The notes under the pieces: generated by a model
The model's input: only the letters and a program-made list of their open reading frames with translations
The model's database searches: none
What the model was told of the DNA's origin: nothing
Position numbers and translations under genes: made by a program
Shown here: positions 9,899-19,908 of the stretch, piece after piece
How the letters are laid out: each line of letters starts with the position of its first letter
How positions within the stretch are numbered: the first letter of the stretch is position 1
DNA from: a virus
Virus record (IMG/VR): IMGVR_UViG_3300027973_002218
Location: 1,311 to 65,310 of that record
DNA: 64,000 bases
Strand: one strand, 5' to 3'

Positions 9899-11749
9899 AT
9901 GGCAGAACAAAATATGACGGTTTGGCAACGACTGTCGCAAACATTTGGTCCGAACTCACTTCTTCAACAAGATTATCCAACTTTTAAGTTTGATAAGAAG
10001 GAATTATTACGTACCAAAAGTAGAGAAGAATACGAAAGAGAAAAGTTACAAGCACAACAAACTTTTTACCTAACAAATCAATGGGCTAAGGTTGAGAACA
10101 ATCTTTACTCACAAGCAATTTATTACGAACCATCCAGATTATCGGCACAATACGATTATGAATCGATGGAATATACTCCAGAAATTTCAGCGGCACTTGA
10201 TATCTATGCTGAAGAATCTACAACAACAAACGAAGATGGATTTATTCTTCAGATTTATTCTGAGTCAAAAAGAATAAAAGGTGTATTAGCCGACTTGTTC
10301 AACAACAATTTAGATATTAATACCAACTTACCTATGTGGACAAGAAACACTTGTAAGTATGGTGATAACTTTGTTTACTTAAAGTTAGACCCTGAAAAAG
10401 GTGTTGTTGGAGTACAACAGTTACCAACTATAGAAATTGAAAGACATGAGGTTGGTGTTACTGCAAAAATATCTGTAGATATTACACAAGAGTTGGACAA
10501 AGACAAAAAAGCCCTTCACTTTACTTGGAAGAACAAAAATATGGAATTCCAATCATGGGAAATCGCTCACTTTAGATTATTAGGTGACGATAGAAAACTT
10601 CCTTATGGTACTTCTATGTTAGAAAAAGCCAGAAGAATTTGGAAACAATTATTATTATCAGAAGATGCGATGTTGATTTATCGTACATCAAGAGCTCCTG
10701 AGAGAAGAATGTTCAAAGTATTCGTAGGTAATATGAACGATGATGATGTTGAAGCATACGTAAACCGTGTTGCCAACAAATTCAAAAGAGAACAAATTGT
10801 TGACAAGAATACAGGTAATGTGGATATGAGATTCAACCAAATGGCGGTTGACCAAGATTATTTTATTCCTGTAAGAGACCCAGCGGCACCAGACCCAATT
10901 ACAACATTACCTGGAGCAACTAACTTATCAGAGATTGCGGATATTGAATACATCCAAAAGAAATTATTAACGGCACTTCGTGTACCTAAGGCTTTCTTAG
11001 GGTTTGAAGAAGTTGTTGGTGACGGTAAGAACTTGGCATTACAAGACATTAGATTTGCTCGTACAATCAACAGAATCCAAAAGAGTATGTTAGCTGAGTT
11101 AAACAAAATTGCGATTGTTCACTTATTCTTATTAGGGTTTGAAGATGAACTTTCAAACTTTACTATAGGTCTTACAAACCCGTCAACTCAGGCAGATTTA
11201 TTGAAGATTGATGTTTGGAAAGAAAAAGTATTATTGTATAAAGACTTAGTGTCTGACCCAGGAAATGGTATTCAAGCGACATCATCTACATGGGCTAAGA
11301 AACATATCTTTGGTTGGTCTGACGAAGAAGTTCGTTTGGACTTACAACAACAAAGAGTTGAAAGAGCTGTTGGTGAAGAACTTAAAGCAACTCCTACAGT
11401 TATTACTAAAACAGGATTATTTGATAATATAGATAAATTATACGGAAGTGCGACAGGTGCGACACCTGCGGCAGGAGCAGCAACTACACCAGGAGGTACT
11501 GAAGAATTAGGAGCACCACCATCATTTAGTTCTCCATCTGAACCACCACCTGCAGAGGCTCCTCCAGCAGAAGGAGAAGTTCCACCACCATCAGGTGAAC
11601 CAGAATTAGCTCCAGAGTCTAAGAAAAAAGACATGAACATTTTAATTGAAAGTAACTTAATTGAAGGGTCTCGAATGATTGATTTAGGACAAGCTCAAGA
11701 TTCTTTAGGAGAAATTTCAAAAGAATTGGATAAGTTACTAAATTCATAG
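9899..11749 (+). CDS. portal protein (T4 gp20-like)
   Basis: EDAMLIYRTSRAPERRMFKVFVGNM and QDYFIPVR-like segments; follows terminase. Confidence 0.9.
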   Translation: MAEQNMTVWQRLSQTFGPNSLLQQDYPTFKFDKKELLRTKSREEYEREKLQAQQTFYLTNQWAKVENNLYSQAIYYEPSRLSAQYDYESMEYTPEISAALDIYAEESTTTNEDGFILQIYSESKRIKGVLADLFNNNLDINTNLPMWTRNTCKYGDNFVYLKLDPEKGVVGVQQLPTIEIERHEVGVTAKISVDITQELDKDKKALHFTWKNKNMEFQSWEIAHFRLLGDDRKLPYGTSMLEKARRIWKQLLLSEDAMLIYRTSRAPERRMFKVFVGNMNDDDVEAYVNRVANKFKREQIVDKNTGNVDMRFNQMAVDQDYFIPVRDPAAPDPITTLPGATNLSEIADIEYIQKKLLTALRVPKAFLGFEEVVGDGKNLALQDIRFARTINRIQKSMLAELNKIAIVHLFLLGFEDELSNFTIGLTNPSTQADLLKIDVWKEKVLLYKDLVSDPGNGIQATSSTWAKKHIFGWSDEEVRLDLQQQRVERAVGEELKATPTVITKTGLFDNIDKLYGSATGATPAAGAATTPGGTEELGAPPSFSSPSEPPPAEAPPAEGEVPPPSGEPELAPESKKKDMNILIESNLIEGSRMIDLGQAQDSLGEISKELDKLLNS

Positions 11750-11762
11750 TATTTATTTGAAA

Positions 11763-12470
11763 ATGAGCAAAATGACCTTCGGAACCATAAAATCCATAAT
11801 TGAGAATAATCTACTAGAATCCTACAAGAATGAAAAGGAATTCAAGAAGACATTGAGAGAGTTCAAACACAATGTATTGAACAATAAATCTATGTCAAAG
11901 GCGTATACTTTATATGACCAATTGAGTACTCCTCAAGGGTTAAATGATGATGACGCTAAAGAATTCTTAGAAGAAGGTATATCGTTGTTACAAAGAGTTT
12001 TACCAAGTATAAAATTACCAAGAACAGTATCTGAATCAGTTAAAAATGGTTATACCGATATTGATACGTTAGTTTACACTCAAAAAATGAGTTTATCAGA
12101 AAGAATTAAATCTAAGAAAAATATTGTTTCAATTCTTACATCAAAGCCTCAAAACGTTAAAGAATCTATAAATATTCCTGTTAAATCAATGGTGAATATT
12201 GCAAACCAAACATTGAGAAATTATCTTGATACTTTAGATGAGAATTCTAAAAAAGAATTTATTCAAATTGTCTCTGAGGACACAAAAATTCTTGAGGAGA
12301 AATTTGAAGTTATTCGTGAAAGTGCAATTAATAAATTGGAAACTATTATGAATAATGAAAATGAATCAGAAATTAAATCAAGAATCTCCGAAACTATTAC
12401 TAAATTAAAAGACGAAAAATTTGACCAAATGAATTTTTTAAGATTAAAAAATCTTGAGGAATCAATTTAA
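11763..12470 (+). CDS. hypothetical helical head-module protein
   Basis: ATG at 11763 preferred over TTG 11757; several h-x-E-S sites. Confidence 0.6.
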   Translation: MSKMTFGTIKSIIENNLLESYKNEKEFKKTLREFKHNVLNNKSMSKAYTLYDQLSTPQGLNDDDAKEFLEEGISLLQRVLPSIKLPRTVSESVKNGYTDIDTLVYTQKMSLSERIKSKKNIVSILTSKPQNVKESINIPVKSMVNIANQTLRNYLDTLDENSKKEFIQIVSEDTKILEEKFEVIRESAINKLETIMNNENESEIKSRISETITKLKDEKFDQMNFLRLKNLEESI

Positions 12471-12652
12471 TTATTATTTTTACTTTGAATATATTTTGCC
12501 TTTAAAATCTGTGCTCTTCTGACCACAGATTTTTTTGTATACTCTTTTCTCTCGTTTAATTTTTGGTTTTGTTTAGTCTTTATTACCTTAGACTTTAATG
12601 TTTTTAGAGCTCTCTCTAAATTGTCCCCATTTTTAATGTTTATGATTATCAT
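12467..12652 (-). CDS. rpsU: ribosomal protein bS21 (phage-encoded)
   Basis: 61 aa basic protein MIIINIKNGDNLERALKTLK...EYTKKSVVRRAQILKAKY, like Bacteroidota bS21; antisense within the head genes. Confidence 0.88.
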   Translation of the reverse strand: MIIINIKNGDNLERALKTLKSKVIKTKQNQKLNERKEYTKKSVVRRAQILKAKYIQSKNNN

Positions 12653-12685
12653 ATATTATAAAATATCTTGTAGTTTGAGAAAATT

Positions 12686-12717
12686 TTTGACTATTGGTTT
12701 TATATGACTTATTCTTG
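12686..12717 (+). promoter_or_regulatory. possible host sigmaA-type promoter (TTTG-N20-TATTCTTG)
   Basis: one mismatch to Bacteroidota TAnnTTTG with correct spacing, upstream of the 12752 gene. Confidence 0.35.
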
Positions 12718-12751
12718 TACAGAACATAAACATATATAATCATGAAAATTA

Positions 12752-13192
12752 ATGAAAAAAGGAAAGAGTGTAAAGTTAAATTTATACAATCCAATTAAAT
12801 CCGTGTATGGTACTGTAGATTCAAAAAATTTAAAATCAGTATACATCAACATCCAATCATGGGTGACTCCAAAAAAAGAATATGATAACTGGAACAGAAT
12901 AGTTTCTAACTTAGGTAGAGAAATAAAACATTCTGTTTTTGAATCAATAAACACTAAACTTTTTCAAGAAAAAAGTATTGTTGATTTAGACCTTAGAACA
13001 AGTGGAATCTCACACGGAAAAAAATCATTTTTTAACTTAGAGATTAACCTATACACCAATTCTGAATTAGATTTTAAATCATTAGAAATTAAAGATTCAG
13101 TTAAAGGTATCGTTAAATCAATATTTAGAAATAACATTCAACCGAACAAATACTTTGAATTTTCAACTTCAAAAAAGACTGATGACCAATAA
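12752..13192 (+). CDS. hypothetical protein
   Basis: 146 aa ORF. Confidence 0.6.
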   Translation: MKKGKSVKLNLYNPIKSVYGTVDSKNLKSVYINIQSWVTPKKEYDNWNRIVSNLGREIKHSVFESINTKLFQEKSIVDLDLRTSGISHGKKSFFNLEINLYTNSELDFKSLEIKDSVKGIVKSIFRNNIQPNKYFEFSTSKKTDDQ

Positions 13193-13228
13193 ACTATTAA
13201 TAACGGTATATTTATCATAAAAGATTAG

Positions 13229-13945
13229 ATGAAAAATTTAAGAATATTAGAAGCTAGCGAATTTGGTCACGGTATTTTAGTCGAGGCTGACGCAGGTTTT
13301 GTATCACCTAAAGATGCTCGTAATGAAAAGGTTCTAAGAGAAGCTAAAGAAATGGATTATAGAAATCCATTTGAATTTTATGCTGTCTTACAAAAATACG
13401 ATACACCAAATAGAAACGGTAGAACATATCCTGAAAGAATTCTTAAAAGAGAAGCCGAGAATTATAAAAAAGCAATTGAAAAAGGATTATCAACTTCAGA
13501 GTTAAATCACCCTGAATCTTCTTTAATTGACTTAGATAGAGTTGCTCATTTAATTACAGAAATTTGGTGGGAGGGAAATATTTTAATGGGTAAACTTAAA
13601 TTATTAACTTCGCCAGGGTTCCATGAAAGAGGAATCGTATCAACTAAAGGTGACCAAGCGGCAAACTTAATGAGACAAGGTGTTACTATGGGAGTTTCTT
13701 CAAGAGGTGTTGGTTCTCTTAAAAAAGTTGGGGAAAGAAATGAGGTTCAAGATGATTTTGAATTAATATGTTTTGACTTAGTTTCTTCACCATCAACGCC
13801 AGGAGCTTATTTATTTTCAAACCCTGAAGATAGAACAAAGTATGAAGAAAATTTAGATGAAGAAAAAAAACATAAACAAACTAATGGATATGTTGAAAAG
13901 TCAGTTGACTTAATGAAGAAATTAAACGATTTTTTAGGAAAATAA
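13229..13945 (+). CDS. prohead core protease (T4 gp21-like)
   Basis: ELNHP (catalytic His), GVSSRGVGS (catalytic Ser), FDLVSSPSTPGA. Confidence 0.92.
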   Translation: MKNLRILEASEFGHGILVEADAGFVSPKDARNEKVLREAKEMDYRNPFEFYAVLQKYDTPNRNGRTYPERILKREAENYKKAIEKGLSTSELNHPESSLIDLDRVAHLITEIWWEGNILMGKLKLLTSPGFHERGIVSTKGDQAANLMRQGVTMGVSSRGVGSLKKVGERNEVQDDFELICFDLVSSPSTPGAYLFSNPEDRTKYEENLDEEKKHKQTNGYVEKSVDLMKKLNDFLGK

Positions 13946-13951
13946 TAAAAC

Positions 13952-14164
13952 ATGGAAGAAAAATATTTTGTAGCAAAAATTCAGTACGATTTACCTGATG
14001 AGAATTCAGGAAAGATTAAAAAAATTAGAGAAGAAAAATTAGTTAAAGGTTACTCAGTAACGGACGTTGAGGCGAAAGTTACAAAGAAATATGAAGGATT
14101 TACCCATGATTGGCGAATCACATCAGTTTCTGAAAGTAAGATTGATGAAGTTATTGAAAACTAA
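13952..14164 (+). CDS. small protein, DUF4494-like
   Basis: YFVAKIQY...KIKKIREEKLV.GYSVTDVEAKV pattern resembles this Bacteroidota family. Confidence 0.45.
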   Translation: MEEKYFVAKIQYDLPDENSGKIKKIREEKLVKGYSVTDVEAKVTKKYEGFTHDWRITSVSESKIDEVIEN

Positions 14165-14183
14165 TTTATTTATTTAAAATTAT

Positions 14184-14212
14184 AAAAGTGGTCCATAAGA
14201 CCACTTTTTTTA
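14184..14212 (+). terminator. intrinsic terminator, probably bidirectional
   Basis: AAAAGTGGTC-cataa-GACCACTTTT followed by T run. Confidence 0.85.
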
Positions 14213-14240
14213 TTTGGTAGATATTTATAAATAAAAAATT

Positions 14241-14564
14241 ATGAATTTTCAAGTATCATTAGGTGACGCATATTCACAGGAACTAAGAATTGTTATTGCT
14301 AACTCTTGGTCAACATGTTTAGCATATTGCGAAGGAGTAGGCTCTTCAATAAATTCAATTAATGAAATAGACTCTATAAATATGGTGATTGTTGACAGTG
14401 GGGCTACTGGCTGTTATCAAGTAACTTTAAAAAACGGTAGTGCTATTTCAACCAGTATGGTTTGGGCTTCAACCTACTCATCATTCAATGCTTGGCTTGA
14501 TAATCAAGTAGATGTTGAACTTACTACCCTTCAATTTTCAAATAAACTTTACGTAACAGTATAG
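14241..14564 (+). CDS. hypothetical protein, putative small virion protein
   Basis: 107 aa with its own TATTTAT motif at 14222. Confidence 0.55.
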   Translation: MNFQVSLGDAYSQELRIVIANSWSTCLAYCEGVGSSINSINEIDSINMVIVDSGATGCYQVTLKNGSAISTSMVWASTYSSFNAWLDNQVDVELTTLQFSNKLYVTV

Positions 14565-14622
14565 CCAAAATGAATTTTTTTCATTTTGATACTATTTATT
14601 AGTTAAAATAACCAATTTTTTC

Positions 14623-16239
14623 ATGCAAGAAAATAAAAATTTAGTACAAGAGGCACTCATTCAAATGAAAAACGTTGAAGAGGCTATTGCCGAAAACGCA
14701 AAGGGAATACTTGCTTCAACTATGAAGGAAGAAATCAATCAATTAGTAAAAGAATCTCTATCAGAACAAGATGATGAAGAAGAGGTTGACGTAGATGTAG
14801 ACATGGATGACGACACAGAAGATGTGGACGTTGATATGGATGCTGATAATGCGGATGATATGGACATGGACTTAGATTTAGACATGGACATGGACTCTGA
14901 AGAAAGTCCAATAGATTTAACTGACGCTTCTGATGAAGAAATTCTTAAGGTGTTTAAAGCAATGGGTGAAGAAGACGGAATCATCGTTAAAAAAGATGGT
15001 GACGATATTCACTTAACTGACAGTAACGCTGACCAAGAATATCTTGTTAAGCTTGGTGAATCTGAAGAAGACACAAATTATGATGACACTATGAATTTAG
15101 ATGAAATCGATGAAATGGACGTTGACACAGAAGATGTGATTAACGCAATTTTTTCAAAAGACGGTGACGCTTCAGATATCGAAGTAGACCAAGAAGATGA
15201 AGACGAAGTTATGTACGAAATCGAATTCGAAGAACAAGACGACGAAGACTCAGATGACGATGACATGATGGAATCAGATGATGAAGACATGATGGAATCA
15301 GATGATGAAGACATGATGGAATCAGATGATGAAGACGAAGAACTTGATGAACAAGAAGACGAAGACGAAGAAGATTTGGACGAATCTTACAACCAAAGAA
15401 GAACTGTTAGAGAAGGAAAGTCTACAGTAAAACCTAAAGGTGTTGGAATTGGCTCAGGCCCTAAATTTACTTACAATACAAAATCTGTAGGTGGATTTAA
15501 AGAGGACAAAAAAGAAGGTCCTAAATCAGTGGGTACTGGTAAAGCTAGTAAATTCCAATACAAAAAAGGAGCAAATATGGAAGGAAAATCCAAAGTTGTA
15601 AAGGCAGAAACAAAAGAAGGTGATTACGGAATGAATAAGGGTGATAAATCTAAAACTTTTAAAGGTGATAAAGATTACACTATTAAAAAAGGTGACACGT
15701 TAAAAAGAAAAGCTTTCGAAAAGGAAGAAACTAAAGAAGCTGCTAGAACTTATGGAATGGGTTCCAAAGAAGGTAGAGGTCTAAGAAAAGGCATCACAAA
15801 TAACAGAAACTATGTTTATGGTAAAGGTGGTGTTAAAGTAGAATCTACTCAAGAAGAAGTTAATATGTTGAGAGAAAAGAATGAAGAGTATAGAAAAGCG
15901 TTAAATGTTTTCAGAGAAAAACTTAACGAAGTTGCTATCTTCAACTCAAACTTGGCATATGCTACAAGATTGTTCACTGAACATTCGACTACTAAGAAAG
16001 AGAAAATTAATATCTTAAGAAGATTTGACGATGTTGAAACTTTAAAAGAATCTAAAAATCTTTATCAGTCAATCAAAGGTGAATTATCTAAAGGTGAAAC
16101 TAAATCAATGAATGAATCAGTTGAAACGAAATTAACTAAACAAGTTACTTCAGGTTCATCAACTACCTTAATTGAATCAAAAACTTATGAGAATCCTCAA
16201 TTCATGAGAATGAAGGATTTGATGAGTAAGTTAGGGTAA
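14623..16239 (+). CDS. prohead core/scaffold protein (T4 gp22-like)
   Basis: lies between protease and MCP; highly acidic, coiled-coil C-terminus, many L/M-x-E-S sites. Confidence 0.75.
   Translation: MQENKNLVQEALIQMKNVEEAIAENAKGILASTMKEEINQLVKESLSEQDDEEEVDVDVDMDDDTEDVDVDMDADNADDMDMDLDLDMDMDSEESPIDLTDASDEEILKVFKAMGEEDGIIVKKDGDDIHLTDSNADQEYLVKLGESEEDTNYDDTMNLDEIDEMDVDTEDVINAIFSKDGDASDIEVDQEDEDEVMYEIEFEEQDDEDSDDDDMMESDDEDMMESDDEDMMESDDEDEELDEQEDEDEEDLDESYNQRRTVREGKSTVKPKGVGIGSGPKFTYNTKSVGGFKEDKKEGPKSVGTGKASKFQYKKGANMEGKSKVVKAETKEGDYGMNKGDKSKTFKGDKDYTIKKGDTLKRKAFEKEETKEAARTYGMGSKEGRGLRKGITNNRNYVYGKGGVKVESTQEEVNMLREKNEEYRKALNVFREKLNEVAIFNSNLAYATRLFTEHSTTKKEKINILRRFDDVETLKESKNLYQSIKGELSKGETKSMNESVETKLTKQVTSGSSTTLIESKTYENPQFMRMKDLMSKLG
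15262..15333 (+). repeat. 24-bp tandem repeat x3 (DMMESDDE)
   Basis: gacatgatggaatcagatgatgaa repeated exactly three times. Confidence 0.95.
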
Positions 16240-16276
16240 AAAATAAAATAAATAAAACAAAAACAAATATTTTAAA

Positions 16277-18085
16277 ATGGGAGCATTATTAGAATCAGGT
16301 CTTGTTGGTAACATCGGTCTTAAGCACCTTAAAGTTATCAAAGAAGATACAATCAACAAATGGGACAAATTAGGCTTTTTAGAAGGTCTTAAAGGTCACA
16401 TGAGAGAAAACGTAGCTCAATTATACGAAAACCAAGCATCATTTTTAATTAATGAAGCATCATCTACATCTGATACAGGTGCATTTGAAACTGTGGTTTT
16501 CCCAATTGTTAGACGTGTATTCTCTAAATTATTAGCAAACGACATCGTTTCAGTACAAGCAATGAACTTACCAATTGGTAAATTATTCTACTTCGTACCT
16601 AACATTCAGGCGTACACTGACCCTGCAAACTTGGCGAACACAGGTATTCACTACCCTCCTTATGGTTCACCAAACGCAGCTGCGGACCAAACTCCAAACA
16701 GTGGTTATGACTATAACAACACTAAAGACCTTTACGATAGATTCTACGAAGGTAACGAACCAGCATTAGACCCACCAGGTTTATTTGACTATTCTAAAGG
16801 ACAATATTCTGCAATCACTGCAAACGTAACAACAGTTTCATGGTTAGCTGACCAATTAGTTCCTTCTGCATATACTCTTTCTGATTATAGAAAAGTATTA
16901 ATAGTTATGTCAGGTTTCGCATCTGATGGAGCTGGTAAATTAATCGGTCCTGATGGTCAACCAATGGATAATGAAGCTTTCTTATCTGATTTGACTATCT
17001 ATGGTGTTGCTGGAAACGCAACAACTTCTGCTAACACAACTAACCCTTATTTATTCAGAGTTGTAACTCAAAGATATGGTAAAGGTATTGTACAGTACGG
17101 TAACAACAACGCTACGTTAGTATTCCCTAACAGTAAAACTGATGGTGGTCAATATGACAACTTATGTGATGCTGAAGGAAAAATCTATTTAGAAGTTGAT
17201 TTACAGGTACCAGTATGTATCACTTGTGGTGGTTCAATGGACGGTTACACAGGTTCTACATTTGCGTCTACAATCGCAACTAACTCTCAAGCATTCTCTG
17301 CAACATATAGAATCTATAAGAACTTGGAATTCGAAGATAGAATTGGTGAGGTTTCATTTGACTTAATGTCAGTAACAGTTTCTGTAACTGAAAGAAAATT
17401 AAGAGCACAATGGTCTCCTGAAATGGCTCAAGACGTTGCGGCATTCCACAACATTGACGCTGAAGCTGAATTAACAGCATTATTATCTGAGCAAGTTGCA
17501 GCGGAAATCGATAGAGAAATCTTAAGAGATTTGAGAAAAGGTGCAGCTTGGAACTTAAGATGGGATTACAATGGTTGGAAGAGACTGGGTTCAAGTGCAG
17601 TTCCATACACTCAAAAAGATTGGAACCAAACTTTAATCACAGCAATCAACCAAATTTCAGCTCAAATCCACAAATCTACATTAAGAGGTGGAGCAAACTG
17701 GATTGTTGTTTCTTCTGAAATCAGTGCAATCTTTGATGACTTGGAGTATTTCCACGTTTCAAACGCAGCTCCTGAGCAAGACCAATACAACATGGGTATT
17801 GAAAGAGTTGGTACTTTAGCTGGTCGTTACCAAGTTTACAGAGACCCTTACTTCCCACCTAACCAAGTGTTAATGGGTCACAAAGGAACTTCTTTGTTAG
17901 ATACAGGTTACATCTACGCACCGTACGTACCTCTACAATTAACTCCAACAATGTACAATCCATTCAACTTCACTCCAATCAAAGGTATCATGACTAGATA
18001 CGCTAAGAAAATGGTGAACAACCGTTTCTACGGTAGAATCACAGTTGATGGTGTAAGAACATTTGACTTGAGAGAATTAAGATAA
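16277..18085 (+). CDS. major capsid protein (T4 gp23-like)
   Basis: AQDVAAFHNIDAEAEL..LSEQVAAEIDREIL, GYIYAPYVPL, GIMTRYA. Confidence 0.95.
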   Translation: MGALLESGLVGNIGLKHLKVIKEDTINKWDKLGFLEGLKGHMRENVAQLYENQASFLINEASSTSDTGAFETVVFPIVRRVFSKLLANDIVSVQAMNLPIGKLFYFVPNIQAYTDPANLANTGIHYPPYGSPNAAADQTPNSGYDYNNTKDLYDRFYEGNEPALDPPGLFDYSKGQYSAITANVTTVSWLADQLVPSAYTLSDYRKVLIVMSGFASDGAGKLIGPDGQPMDNEAFLSDLTIYGVAGNATTSANTTNPYLFRVVTQRYGKGIVQYGNNNATLVFPNSKTDGGQYDNLCDAEGKIYLEVDLQVPVCITCGGSMDGYTGSTFASTIATNSQAFSATYRIYKNLEFEDRIGEVSFDLMSVTVSVTERKLRAQWSPEMAQDVAAFHNIDAEAELTALLSEQVAAEIDREILRDLRKGAAWNLRWDYNGWKRLGSSAVPYTQKDWNQTLITAINQISAQIHKSTLRGGANWIVVSSEISAIFDDLEYFHVSNAAPEQDQYNMGIERVGTLAGRYQVYRDPYFPPNQVLMGHKGTSLLDTGYIYAPYVPLQLTPTMYNPFNFTPIKGIMTRYAKKMVNNRFYGRITVDGVRTFDLRELR

Positions 18086-18105
18086 TCATTATCTTATATT
18101 ATACT

Positions 18106-18136
18106 AAAAAGGGTTCCCAATGGGGACCCTTTTTTT
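18106..18136 (+). terminator. intrinsic terminator after MCP
   Basis: AAAAAGGGTTCCC-aat-GGGGACCCTTTTTTT. Confidence 0.9.
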
Positions 18137-18156
18137 ATTTTACGATATTTATTAAT

Positions 18157-19680
18157 ATGATTAAGCAAAGTTGGAATATTGACACAGAAGAAGTTAAAAG
18201 AATATTAATGATGCATGAGAGTGCAACTAAAAATTTATATTTAATCAACGAACAACAAAAAATTAAAGTTGGTGAAAAGACAACTACAACAGGGAAGGAA
18301 ATTTCGTTGGATAAAAAGTCTTACCCATCTGGATTGTATTCTATTGAAAAATTAGGTGAGGGTAAAAAAGATTTGGATTTAAAATTACAAGAAATTGCAC
18401 AATTTGCAAAAGCAAATAACGGTACCCAACTTAACATTCAAATTGAAGTTGGAGAATCCAAGGTAACTAATTTTGATAATGAATTAAAGAAACCATTAGG
18501 ACAAGGAGAATTAGCAAAATTAAGAGGAGAAAAATTACAACAATATTTAACCAATTATTTTCAAGGATTAGTAGAATCAGGGTATTTGACTACAATGCCA
18601 AATATACCAAAAGCCCAAACAAATGTAGAGCTTGGTACTCAAAAATATGATTATGTTAAACTTAAAGATGACCCTAAAGATGTGAAATATTTGGAAGACC
18701 AATATGTTAAATTTAAAATTAGTTTATCTGCAACTAAAACAGAAGATATCTATGATTGCTTAGTTAATTTAGTAATAGATGTGAGTTACTATAATAAACC
18801 TGATGCAAAATTTCGATGCAGAGGTGGACACAACTGTAATAACGCCGAATTTGAACTTTATATTGATAATGTTTTATTAGGTATTGCAAATTTAAATAAT
18901 TATGGATGTGGGCAAGACAATAACCCTAATGATTGTGATAGGACTGCCCAATTTACCGTTACAAATGAAATGGTTCAGAAAATTGTTTCTAATCCAAAAT
19001 GGAACAAAAAAACACTAATACTTTCAACAAGATGTATTTCAAGTGCAAATTGTCATACGTCAGTTCAAGAGGTTAGAATTGTTAATGGTACTGGTACTGA
19101 AATATATCACGATTGCGTTAACCCACAATCTGCAAGAGGAAATACTTCTCAAAAAATATTAGCAGTTTTAGATAAGTGTGGTATGCCAATAAAAGGAACT
19201 ACAGATGATAATGTTAGTGCGGAAGAAATACAATCATTATCGGACCAAGTTAATACTCAAAATAATGAAAAATTAACTGAAATAATTAACACCCAAGGAC
19301 TTACAGTTGTACCAAACACAAATGGTGGTACTACCTTCTTTCCAAAAAATAGTAAACTTATAATTTCAAACATACAATCAAATAAACAATTTTTAACTAT
19401 AACTTATAATATTAAATCTCCTATGGTGTTAGGGTATTTCATCAATCCTTTTGGAGGTAGCAAACCTTATAAACATAGTTTTAAAGGGAACGAAACCGTC
19501 AAAATAAATTTTCAAATACAACCTTCGGATATTCCAGAAAGAAGATTAAAAAAATATGAAGAAAGAGGTATGATAAGCGAAGTACCTAATTTTAATGGTT
19601 ATAACGTTGATTTAGCATTTAATGAGAAAGGAGTAGAATACCCATCAAATGTTATAATAGTTTCTACTAACGAACAGTAG
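18157..19680 (+). CDS. putative head-packaged protein with an OmpA-C-like domain and a Cys-rich domain
   Basis: leader ending LINE-Q; ...GESKVTN...LAKLRGEKLQQYL resembles the OmpA-C LSxxRAxxVxxYL helix; paired Cys downstream. Confidence 0.45.
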   Translation: MIKQSWNIDTEEVKRILMMHESATKNLYLINEQQKIKVGEKTTTTGKEISLDKKSYPSGLYSIEKLGEGKKDLDLKLQEIAQFAKANNGTQLNIQIEVGESKVTNFDNELKKPLGQGELAKLRGEKLQQYLTNYFQGLVESGYLTTMPNIPKAQTNVELGTQKYDYVKLKDDPKDVKYLEDQYVKFKISLSATKTEDIYDCLVNLVIDVSYYNKPDAKFRCRGGHNCNNAEFELYIDNVLLGIANLNNYGCGQDNNPNDCDRTAQFTVTNEMVQKIVSNPKWNKKTLILSTRCISSANCHTSVQEVRIVNGTGTEIYHDCVNPQSARGNTSQKILAVLDKCGMPIKGTTDDNVSAEEIQSLSDQVNTQNNEKLTEIINTQGLTVVPNTNGGTTFFPKNSKLIISNIQSNKQFLTITYNIKSPMVLGYFINPFGGSKPYKHSFKGNETVKINFQIQPSDIPERRLKKYEERGMISEVPNFNGYNVDLAFNEKGVEYPSNVIIVSTNEQ

Positions 19681-19891
19681 TTGTATCGTAAAGTATGACA
19701 ATACTGTCCTTAGTCATTAATTCAATGTCATTTTTTGATATTGAATTAACAAAGTTTTTTGTATAATTTTTTAAATAATTTTTTTTTGTCGATTGATACA
19801 TTTTTTCTGTCATAGGGATTTGAAATTCTTTTGTTGTCGAACAAGAACATATTAAAAATATTACTCCTATAAAATAAATTGTTTTGGTCAT
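19667..19891 (-). CDS. small lipoprotein
   Basis: start moved to ATG 19891: MTKTIYFIGVIFLICSC, a signal-peptide-II with lipobox. Confidence 0.65.
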   Translation of the reverse strand: MTKTIYFIGVIFLICSCSTTKEFQIPMTEKMYQSTKKNYLKNYTKNFVNSISKNDIELMTKDSIVILYDTTTVR

Positions 19892-19908
19892 ATTATTTGT
19901 ATTTTGTA

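Noticed and set aside
8101-18085. Introns or inteins in terminase, portal or MCP
   Set aside because: Continuous ORFs of plausible size, with no intein splice motifs or homing endonuclease motifs seen
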